From NCBI GenBank assembly GCA_049322915.1, contig JBMOPW010000036.1, positions 184,441-195,618 on the forward strand: a stretch of DNA of 11,178 nt. Reading direction: 5' to 3'. This DNA is from Candidatus Zhuqueibacterota bacterium. GTDB taxonomy: Bacteria > Zhuqueibacterota > Zhuqueibacteria > Thermofontimicrobiales > Thermofontimicrobiaceae. Both the position numbers and the translations under genes were made by a program. Of the stretch, positions 1 to 7,715 are shown one piece after another (position 1 is the stretch's first letter; each line of letters opens with the position of its first letter). The notes beneath the pieces are model-generated. The model was not told where the DNA came from. It did no database searches and saw only the letters and a list, made by a program, of their open reading frames with translations.

Positions 1-20
1 GGTCGCGACCGTCCACTACG
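1..20. repeat. Possible truncated GTAG-family REP palindrome at the window start
   Basis: GGTCGCGACC is self-complementary and is followed by GTCCACTAC, which ends in CTAC, the reverse complement of the GTAG REP tetranucleotide. The left arm would lie outside the window. Confidence 0.35.
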
Positions 21-163
21 CGTATGTCCAATAATAATATAAGCGCCAAAATTTTTACTGGTTATTCATATAAATAAAACACAAATACAGTCGCAACGGA
101 ATTTAAAATTTCCGTTTCACCGATGTTACTCTAATTCACTCACACAATTTTGGAGGATGTACA

Positions 164-850
164 ATGATTCACAGGCAAAAGATCAGAACGCTCCTGGTCG
201 TGGCGCTGGGGATTGTCATGTTGATGGCAGTTACCTCAGGCTGCAGTAAAAAACCGTCACCATTGTTGAAGCCAGATTTACTGGAATTGAGCGCGTCGGC
301 GCCCGAAGTTTTCAGAGTGCAATTTGAAACCTCGGAAGGGAATTTTGTCATCGAAGCGCATCGAAGCTGGTCGCCCATTGGGGTCGATAGGCTCTATCAT
401 CTGGTTAAAAATAATTTTTATGACGATGCTCGCTTTTTCAGGGTAATCAAGGGATTTATGGTTCAGTTCGGCTACCATGGCGATCCGCTTGTCATCAAAG
501 CCTGGTCGAATATGACCATTGCGGACGATCCTGTCGTTCAGAGTAACCTGCGGGGATATGTGTCGTATGCCAAGAGCAACATGCCGAATTCGCGTTCCAC
601 GCAATTGTTCATCAACTACAGAGATAATCCCTATCTGGACCGATCCGGTTTTTCACCAATCGGCCGCGTCATCGAAGGCATGGATGTCGTGGATAAATTG
701 TATGGCGGCTATGGTGAAGGTGCGCCGGGCGGCGCCGGGCCAAGCCAGGAGGACATCCAGCTTGGCGGCAACGCTTATTTGACAGCAAATTTCCCGGACT
801 TGGATTATATCATCAAAACAACCCTGCTGTCGGTCGAGCTTCCCAAATAG
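164..850 (+). CDS. Cyclophilin-type peptidyl-prolyl cis-trans isomerase, predicted lipoprotein
   Basis: Cyclophilin motifs FFRVIKGFMVQFG, RSTQLFIN and GRVIEGMDVVDKL. Basic then hydrophobic N-terminus ending in a lipobox-like VTSG-C. GGAGG RBS at 152-156. Confidence 0.93.
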   Translation: MIHRQKIRTLLVVALGIVMLMAVTSGCSKKPSPLLKPDLLELSASAPEVFRVQFETSEGNFVIEAHRSWSPIGVDRLYHLVKNNFYDDARFFRVIKGFMVQFGYHGDPLVIKAWSNMTIADDPVVQSNLRGYVSYAKSNMPNSRSTQLFINYRDNPYLDRSGFSPIGRVIEGMDVVDKLYGGYGEGAPGGAGPSQEDIQLGGNAYLTANFPDLDYIIKTTLLSVELPK

Positions 851-1039
851 CAGAATTGGCCCGATGTGTTATCAGTTGTCAGTACCGAAGCGGCTTCGGC
901 TGTGTTTCTGCCGGCGCAAGTGAAGCGCGCGCTGGGCGGAATGAATTGCAGCTTTGCTCCGGGATCCGGCGCAGGATTGCCCGATTTCAGGAGAGATAGC
1001 CGCACTACCTATCAGATTTCACGCCCGATACGTCTCGCC

Positions 1040-1067
1040 GGAGAGGGGACAAGGTGATCCCCTCTCC
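1040..1067. repeat. Perfect 10-bp inverted repeat (intergenic hairpin)
   Basis: GGAGAGGGGA (1040-1049) and TCCCCTCTCC (1058-1067) with an 8-nt loop. No U-tract follows. Confidence 0.6.
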
Positions 1068-1167
1068 ATTGAGGCAGCAGCGCGCATTGGCCCTGATCCC
1101 TGCCAGACCGCCTGCAGACTGCGTTTCCACCTTCGCCTCAGGTTTTATCACTGCGCAAATTTTTTGC

Positions 1168-1211
1168 TTGCTTTTTAACCAATTGCATTATATATTTTTA
1201 CTAAATAAATT
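1168..1211 (+). promoter_or_regulatory. Putative sigma70-type promoter(s) for the PP2C-LytR_C/namZ cluster
   Basis: TTGCTT(1168-1173)-N17-TATATT(1191-1196) and TTGCAT(1183-1188)-N17-TAAATT(1206-1211), in an AT-rich tract where chance matches are common. Confidence 0.4.
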
Positions 1212-1304
1212 TTCGATAATAAATATTTCACATTGAGTCATCTTCAAAGAAAAAAAATGAAAAATCTGGTGGAAAAAATTCCCATTATCTTTGCAGAAAA
1301 AATC

Positions 1305-1335
1305 GGGCATGGCAATCGTCAGTGCCCTTTTTATT
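1305..1335 (+). terminator. Intrinsic-terminator-like hairpin plus U-tract just upstream of the 1380 ORF
   Basis: GGGCAU-GGC/AAUC/GUC-A-GUGCCC stem (1305-1327) followed by TTTTTATT. Confidence 0.4.
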
Positions 1336-1379
1336 ATGGGCAGATGTGAAACGATGAATTGATAGAGGGAGAAACAACA

Positions 1380-3245
1380 GTGTCTGAAAACAATATTGTT
1401 TATAAAACGGAGCTGGGCAAACACTCCGCACCGGGGATAAACCGTCCCCAGAACGACACGCAGGTGGGGTATTACTTGCCTCCGCAGCCGGAGGTGCTTC
1501 AGGTGCGCGGACAAATGTTCATCATCGCCGATGGTGAAAGCGAGAATCAGCAGGGCTACATTGCCAGCAAACTTGCTGTTGAAACGCTTCTTCAGGAATA
1601 TTACGACGCGGCCTGGAGCGGCATTCCCCAGGAAATGCTGGCCAAAGCGATTGATAAAGCCAACAAGCGTCTGATGGAATACAGCGCTGAAGAGGGCGAA
1701 GGCGCCCGATTCACCAGTTCGGTGTCCTGCGTGGCGATCATTCATGAGATGTTATACCTGGCCCAGGTGGGAAATTGCCGCGTGTATGTATTGGGCAGCG
1801 ATCAGAATTTTGAGGAATTGGGGCATTCCCGAACCGAGGAAGGAGCGCCATCCTACCAGTTCTCTCCGTTTTCAGATATTCTCGACCCGTCAAAAGATCC
1901 GGGCAATGTGCTGGGAGTCGATCCCCGTTTTCACACGGATATTTTCACGCGGAAGATGGCGGTCAATGATGTCATTTTACTCTGCACCGAGGGCGTTTTC
2001 GGGAATCTGCAGTCGTCAGAGCTGTCCGAAATTCTGATGACGACTTCTCCGCAGGAAGCCAGTGAAGTCATTGTCAGCGCCGCGCTGGACTACAAAGCTC
2101 AGCACGACGCCACGGCGCTCATCGTCAAATTGAAGGGCATCCGGCGATTGACCGCGGAGGAGATAGAGGAGCCAGTTGAACCGGAACCGGAGAAATCAGC
2201 GGATCGTCAGATCATCATCAAAGGCGTACGCTATCGATCCACGTGGAAAGACGAGCAAATGCCCAATGCAGAGAACAAGAGTGTCGAGGAATTCGATCAG
2301 GATCGGGATGTCCGACGCACCTTTGTCAAAAGAAAAAGCCCGGCGGATAAAATTAAACTTCCCAGCAAAAGCACCATGAAGGTATTGGCATTCTTTGTCG
2401 GGATTGCCGCGATCATTTTTCTGATCATTCAGTTCGGGCCGGGGCTGTGGCAGTCCATTCCTTCGTTGCCGGAATCCGAACGTCCGCAGGACAGTTCGTC
2501 GACGGTATCGGAGATGGAGCCTGAATCGGATAAAAAAGTCCGGGAGACTGAGCGGCAAATGCCAGCTCCGCAGGAGAGCGAGCCGGACATGATGACTGAC
2601 GAGGAGAAACCTGCGGGAAGTTCGGACGCCCGCATCAAAGTGGCTGTGATTGATGGTTCGTTCAGTTCGTCGTTCAAATTAGCGACCCTGGTGCGGGACC
2701 TGGATGCTGTCGCGGAAAACGATCGCTTCAGCCCGGTGAGCTCGACGATTAAATTGTCGCAATCGAAAATTATCTGGCAGCGGACAAGTGACCCTGTCCG
2801 ATCGGCCGCCATTCAGGAGCGGGTCAATGAATTTAAAAGAATGATGGCGCAGCAGTACCAGGTGAATATTCCGGCTGAACCATTGGATTTTTCGCTGGTC
2901 ATTGGCGCAAATTTCAAATTGCCCCGGCTGGGCCCGGCGCAAGGCAGCGCAGGCCAGGGCAATGAATTATTCATCGAAATTTTGAATGGGTCCAACTACG
3001 CCGGCATGGCGAAGAAGCTGAATGATGTTTTGGACAATCGAAGTTTCGAGGGCAAAGTGCTCCGCGTGATCGATTACCGCAATGCCGATCGGAAAAATTA
3101 TCGGGTCACCTTTTTGAAATGTGAGGCGTCTCAAAACGATGTCGCTGCGCGATTGGTGAAGGCGATCAAAATTCCATCCCAAATCGTGAATGAACCGCTA
3201 TTTGATGTGAAGCTGTTGATCGGCAGCGATATTGCAGCGCAGTGA
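1380..3245 (+). CDS. Membrane protein: N-terminal PP2C/PPM-like (degenerate) phosphatase domain, single TM helix, two C-terminal LytR_C-like domains
   Basis: PP2C-like motifs in the expected order: IIADG, ASKLAVETL, LAQVGNCRVY, ILLCTEG, HDATALIV. Hydrophobic span VLAFFVGIAAIIFLII at ~2382-2430. C-terminal EILNGSNYAGMAKKL...NADRKNY...DVKLLIGSD resembles LytR_C. I chose the GTG at 1380 (GAGGGA at 1365-1370 upstream) over the track's TTG at 1359. Confidence 0.75.
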   Translation: MSENNIVYKTELGKHSAPGINRPQNDTQVGYYLPPQPEVLQVRGQMFIIADGESENQQGYIASKLAVETLLQEYYDAAWSGIPQEMLAKAIDKANKRLMEYSAEEGEGARFTSSVSCVAIIHEMLYLAQVGNCRVYVLGSDQNFEELGHSRTEEGAPSYQFSPFSDILDPSKDPGNVLGVDPRFHTDIFTRKMAVNDVILLCTEGVFGNLQSSELSEILMTTSPQEASEVIVSAALDYKAQHDATALIVKLKGIRRLTAEEIEEPVEPEPEKSADRQIIIKGVRYRSTWKDEQMPNAENKSVEEFDQDRDVRRTFVKRKSPADKIKLPSKSTMKVLAFFVGIAAIIFLIIQFGPGLWQSIPSLPESERPQDSSSTVSEMEPESDKKVRETERQMPAPQESEPDMMTDEEKPAGSSDARIKVAVIDGSFSSSFKLATLVRDLDAVAENDRFSPVSSTIKLSQSKIIWQRTSDPVRSAAIQERVNEFKRMMAQQYQVNIPAEPLDFSLVIGANFKLPRLGPAQGSAGQGNELFIEILNGSNYAGMAKKLNDVLDNRSFEGKVLRVIDYRNADRKNYRVTFLKCEASQNDVAARLVKAIKIPSQIVNEPLFDVKLLIGSDIAAQ

Positions 3246-3328
3246 AACGACTGCCGACCCCTGCTCGCAGCGAGGCGCATTATGCAAAGGATGTTGGCTC
3301 GTGTGCTCATTAAAAATCAGGAGAAACA

Positions 3329-4573
3329 ATGGCCGTTCGAAAAATCATTCTTGCTTGTTTCCTGCTGGCGGTGATGTTCAGTTGTGCTAAAACTGGCGCG
3401 ACGAAACTGGGAATTGATGTGTTGCTGGATCGACAACTGGATCTGATCAAAGGAAAAAACATCGGCGTGGTCACCAACCAGACCGGGCTGAATGGCCGTG
3501 GCGAGTCCATCGTCGATGTGCTGCACAGGACTCCCGGCGTGAAACTGGTCGCATTATTCGGCCCTGAACACGGGCTTCGCGGCAATGTCGAAGGCGGTGA
3601 TTCCATTGCCAATCAAATGGACGACGCGACCGGAATCCCCATTTTCAGCATTTACGGCGACACTCAAAAACCGACGCCGGCCATGTTGGCCGGCATCGAC
3701 GCGTTGATTTTCGATATTCAGGATGTGGGCGCGCGGTTTTATACCTACATCAGCACCATGTCCCTGTGCATGGAAGCGGCAGCGGAGCAGGGCATCGATT
3801 TCATCGTCCTGGATCGACCCAATCCCATCACCGGCGCCGTGGTCGAAGGCCCGGTGCTCGAAATGGAATTTGCATCCTTTGTTGGGAAGCATGCCATCGC
3901 GCTCCGACACGGGATGACCGTGGGCGAATTGGCGAAAATGTTCAACGAAGAAGGCTGGCTGGCGCAAGGCGTGCGCGCGAAGCTGACCGTCGTCCGGATG
4001 GAGAATTGGAAACGCGCGCAATGGTTCGGCGAATTGGGGCTGAATTGGACCAAACCATCGCCCAATATGCCGTCGCCGGAGACAGCGCTGGTTTACCCTG
4101 GCACGTGTCTGCTGGAAGCGTGCAATGTCTCCGAAGGCCGGGGCACAGGGAAACCATTCGAAATGGTCGGTGCCCCGTGGCTGGATCACGTGGCATTGGC
4201 CCAAACGCTCACTGCGGCAAATCTTCCGGGGGTAAAAATTGACACGACGTCCTTTGCGCCGGTGGATATTCCGGGCATGGCCATGAATCCCAAATATAAA
4301 GGCGAGCGATGTCGCGGCTTGTTTTTGACGGTCACGGATCCGCTGCAATTTCGCTCGGCAGAATTTGGCATTCGCCTGATTCGGGAGATAAAGCAGCTTC
4401 ACCCGATGACATTTGCATGGCGCTCCGAAAACAGCGCCTCGAGATTGTTCGGCACGATGAGCGCGCCCCGGGCCATTGACCGCGGCGATTCGGCCGATGA
4501 TATTATTCGCGCGCTTCAGCCGGGCGTGCAGCAATTTAACAGCATTCGCCAGAAATATTTGCTCTATGACTGA
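3329..4573 (+). CDS. namZ: Exo-beta-N-acetylmuramidase NamZ family (DUF1343/YbbC), predicted lipoprotein
   Basis: Family motifs LFGPEHG, FDIQDVGARFYTY, DRPNP, RHGMTVGELA, PSPNMP and SEGRGT..PFE. Signal peptide with lipobox-like MFS-C. AGGAG RBS at 3319-3323. Confidence 0.92.
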   Translation: MAVRKIILACFLLAVMFSCAKTGATKLGIDVLLDRQLDLIKGKNIGVVTNQTGLNGRGESIVDVLHRTPGVKLVALFGPEHGLRGNVEGGDSIANQMDDATGIPIFSIYGDTQKPTPAMLAGIDALIFDIQDVGARFYTYISTMSLCMEAAAEQGIDFIVLDRPNPITGAVVEGPVLEMEFASFVGKHAIALRHGMTVGELAKMFNEEGWLAQGVRAKLTVVRMENWKRAQWFGELGLNWTKPSPNMPSPETALVYPGTCLLEACNVSEGRGTGKPFEMVGAPWLDHVALAQTLTAANLPGVKIDTTSFAPVDIPGMAMNPKYKGERCRGLFLTVTDPLQFRSAEFGIRLIREIKQLHPMTFAWRSENSASRLFGTMSAPRAIDRGDSADDIIRALQPGVQQFNSIRQKYLLYD

Positions 4574-5171
4574 GAAATGGTGGGACGTCACCTCGGTTTT
4601 GTATCACTGGTTCCGACAGCTATTCCCGTTCCGGCAGATACTGGATCAGGAAAATAAAAAACTCGAATCCATGCTTATCCCGGCTCAACCGGCGGGCAAA
4701 CGCGTTGTTGATATAGGCATTGGCGTCGGCAATGTCGTCCCCTATCTCGACAGCAGCCTGACAATTGTTGGCATTGATGTGTCGCCGGCGATGTTGAATC
4801 GCGTTCGTGGTTCGTTCCCCCACGTTCATCTGGCGCAGGCGGATGCTTCGTTTTTGCCGCTCAAATCATCGAGTGTGGAACTGGTGACAGCCATTGGCGT
4901 GATCGAGTACGTGCAGCATGTCGAAGTTTTCTTCCGGGATGTTGCAACAGCGTTGAGAGAGAACGGCTTTCTGGCCGTTACGTTTTCTCCCAAAGGACTC
5001 TTTGCGCGCGGCCGGCTGGTGTTGGGCCATGTCATTTATCCCAGAAGCCTGGGTGAAATAATGACGATCGCTGCGGCCAATCATCTGGAAGTCATCTCGC
5101 ACAGCGCATCGCTCATGCAGGTACAGGCGCTGTTTCGAAAAAACGAAAATAACAATCAGCCATCGGTGTGA
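4566..5171 (+). CDS. Class I SAM-dependent methyltransferase (substrate unknown)
   Basis: Motif I VVDIGIGVG, then GIDVSPAML, QADASFLPL and LRENGFLAV. The ATG at 4566 overlaps the namZ stop (ATGACTGA, TGA at 4571-4573) and is preferred to the track start at 4476. Confidence 0.85.
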   Translation: MTEKWWDVTSVLYHWFRQLFPFRQILDQENKKLESMLIPAQPAGKRVVDIGIGVGNVVPYLDSSLTIVGIDVSPAMLNRVRGSFPHVHLAQADASFLPLKSSSVELVTAIGVIEYVQHVEVFFRDVATALRENGFLAVTFSPKGLFARGRLVLGHVIYPRSLGEIMTIAAANHLEVISHSASLMQVQALFRKNENNNQPSV

Positions 5172-5268
5172 GGCTCGAATGGACGGGAGATTTCACTCGC
5201 CCAATGGGACAGATTATTAGCAACGATTCCCAATCCAATCATAACAGTGGTTTAAAATTGAGCTTGGT

Positions 5269-6723
5269 ATGAAAACGAAACCAGCGACAATCTCTGCGCC
5301 CGCTCGTTTTGAAATTGTCGATGAACAGACTCTCGAAAAGAAAAAACTGATCAAAGTCCCCCGTTCCAGTCTGGAGCGCCTCATCTACAATTCGGAAAAT
5401 ATCACCCACGTGCTCACGTCCACCAAAGAACTGAGGAAATTGCGGTTCGATGAACTCAGTCTGCTGCGCGATATTCGGGAATTGGTCGAGACTAATCCGG
5501 ACAAATTCGCCAGCATCGAAGACCCGGGCGAATTCCGCCGGGAAATTCGCGCGACGGTGTTGCCGCAGTATGTGACCGGTGATTTCATTCGCATCACGCA
5601 GGAAAAATTGCTGAATGAACTGGTTCGAACCACGCGCAATCGCGACGACCAGGATTCGCTCATGACGGCGCTGGTTTTTCTGCAATCCCATACCGATCTG
5701 GATTTGCCGCTGGAAGATAATCCATTATGGGAAATTATTTTCAACCTTTCCATCAAGGACGGGCTGAAATTTGTCGATTTTCTCACGGTGCTCACCGAGG
5801 GCATCGACAGCCTGAAAATGGAAAATCCGGAAGCGCTGACCCGCGATCCATTGATTTTACAGAAGACAAAGCAAATTTGCCAGTGGCCAATTTTCTGGAG
5901 AATCATCATTGAGCAGAAGGAGATCCTTCCCTTTGAAGAACTCATCTCCTCCATTCTCCGGGGCAATATCATGATTGAATTGTATTTCGATGAGCTGGTC
6001 CACCTGCCCTATTACCTGTTTCAATTATTCCGTTCCGAGATCGAGCGCGCGGATTTTTTATCGGAGCAAATACCGGACGGGGACAAAGAGAAGGCCGCAA
6101 GGCAACTGTACGACGCCATTTTGAAATGCGTCGAAAGAGACGCGACATTCCTCATCCCGAATTTGCTGCAACGGATAAAGAAAATCCAGCGCCGCACCCG
6201 AAATACGGACGAGAAAGAACAGCTAAAACTGGCTATCTCCACACTGACATCGAACGACTTGAATGCCAATAATATCTTTTTGATCACGCTGATTGCAGCA
6301 AAAATCAGCATGCGCAAGTATTGGGAAAATCGGCGCGACCGATTTTTCTTCTTCACCATTCTGAAAAATCCGCTCGATCCCAAGAACTATTATGATTACG
6401 GCCAGATATTGTTGCGCCAGAAAGAAATGAAGACGGCTGAACAGCTTTTCAAATGCGCCGTGGAAATCGATCCGGCGGGCTTCTGGGGATATTGGGGCAT
6501 GGGGAGCTATAGCTATCGGACCAGCCAGTATTTCGAATCCGAAGGGTACTTGCAGCAGGCACTGAGAATTACTCAGCAGGAAGAAATCAAAGAATCCAGC
6601 AAATACAGGCGGGAGTTGTTCCTCATCAAAGACGATTTAAAGCGACTGCGACAGTCCAGGGTAAAACTGCAAATCGTGAATAATCCGCAGATTGATATGT
6701 TTCCGCATCGACCATCAGAATAA
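5269..6723 (+). CDS. Uncharacterised cytoplasmic protein with C-terminal TPR repeats
   Basis: 484-aa ORF with no signal peptide. TPR-like segments NYYDYGQILLRQKEMKTAEQLFKCAVEIDP and GYWGMGSYSYRTSQYFESEGYLQQALRI. I do not recognise the N-terminal ~360 aa. No clear RBS, so the start is uncertain. Confidence 0.7.
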   Translation: MKTKPATISAPARFEIVDEQTLEKKKLIKVPRSSLERLIYNSENITHVLTSTKELRKLRFDELSLLRDIRELVETNPDKFASIEDPGEFRREIRATVLPQYVTGDFIRITQEKLLNELVRTTRNRDDQDSLMTALVFLQSHTDLDLPLEDNPLWEIIFNLSIKDGLKFVDFLTVLTEGIDSLKMENPEALTRDPLILQKTKQICQWPIFWRIIIEQKEILPFEELISSILRGNIMIELYFDELVHLPYYLFQLFRSEIERADFLSEQIPDGDKEKAARQLYDAILKCVERDATFLIPNLLQRIKKIQRRTRNTDEKEQLKLAISTLTSNDLNANNIFLITLIAAKISMRKYWENRRDRFFFFTILKNPLDPKNYYDYGQILLRQKEMKTAEQLFKCAVEIDPAGFWGYWGMGSYSYRTSQYFESEGYLQQALRITQQEEIKESSKYRRELFLIKDDLKRLRQSRVKLQIVNNPQIDMFPHRPSE

Positions 6724-7148
6724 TTTTTTTTGCTGCATTTTTTCATTGGCATTGCAGGGTCATTGCGCGTATGTACTCTGCAAATGGGCATCGGCGGTCG
6801 ACGCTTTTTGATATGCACGCAACCCCGGGCGTCGCGGTCAAGCCCATCCTGAAGAGCAGCACGCTGGCCTTCGTGCTGAGGGGAGAACTCACCACCAGAT
6901 CGAAACTGCTGGACTGTTGCCGGAATTGATTATTGCGCCAATCCGGCTGGCAGACAGAGCGGCGTCAGATCAACCTGTTGCATGCAGCATTCATACACTG
7001 CCGCCTCTGATTTACGAGTTGCATCGCCATGTCAATCGCTGAATCAACGCGGCCGCGTGGCTGTTTCGAAAATGAACCAACGCCTGTGCCGGTTGAAGTG
7101 TAGCTGCCAGTGTGTTCAATTTTCCTTTCAGATTTCGTAATTAATTCC

Positions 7149-7178
7149 TTGACAATCTTATAATTATTTTTATATTGT
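7149..7178 (+). promoter_or_regulatory. Putative sigma70-type promoter upstream of the FG-GAP/BACON/malectin gene
   Basis: Perfect TTGACA at 7149-7154 with TATATT at 7171-7176 (16-nt spacer) or TATTGT at 7173-7178 (18-nt spacer), inside an AT-rich island. Confidence 0.6.
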
Positions 7179-7715
7179 ATCTGTAACATTCGATCTTTCG
7201 CGTTGCCCCTCCGTGAATCAAATTAACCAAAATTTTCAAAGTGTTTCCCAACACGAATTCAGCGTTCAGGATGCTGAACGTCAATCCCATCAATAAACGC
7301 CGGGGGCGAATTTCTTTTCCCGTCAGGAATTTTTATTCCTCGAAATTTTCCATGTTCCCATTTTTCATGGCTGAAGCGCCTGGTCTCGTGCTCAATTGTA
7401 CCATCTGGACGAATGAAGAAAATCGGCCAGTTCACAAAACGTGAGATGGGCATGGGCTTCTCTATGTCCCTCTGTCTGCATTCGTTGAAAACAATTCGAG
7501 CGCCCCTGCATCATGGTTGCGTGAATGTATGACGTCACGATGCATGAGCAGATATCCCGTCGGACGAAGAGCGACGCATCATGCGGTTCCTATCCGGCGC
7601 TCGGAAATTGGGCGCGACCATTGAAGTAGAAATTTGGCCATGTGATCATGTTTTATCGGCGTGAGTTCTGTCGAATTCCTTTTCATTCAAGTTTCAAATA
7701 ACGAGGAGTAACACT

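Noticed and set aside
866..1236. Short ORFs of 60-74 aa in the first intergenic region
   Set aside because: No RBS or recognisable motifs, and they overlap hairpins and the AT-rich promoter tract.
1304..1327. Sigma54 -24/-12 promoter (TGGCA...TGC)
   Set aside because: The best-looking GG to GC spacing is 11 nt on either strand rather than the required 10.
4476..4565. Track start of the methyltransferase at 4476
   Set aside because: It would overlap namZ by 98 nt. The ATG at 4566 overlapping the namZ stop is more plausible.
3554..4591. 345-aa minus-strand ORF
   Set aside because: Antisense shadow of namZ with no recognisable motifs.
6724..7715. Known ncRNA (tRNA, tmRNA, SRP, RNase P), known riboswitch, CRISPR array, or the small ORFs 6965-7189 and 7241-7444
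   Set aside because: No signature sequences or regularly spaced direct repeats were recognised by eye. The small ORFs lack an RBS or protein-like features.
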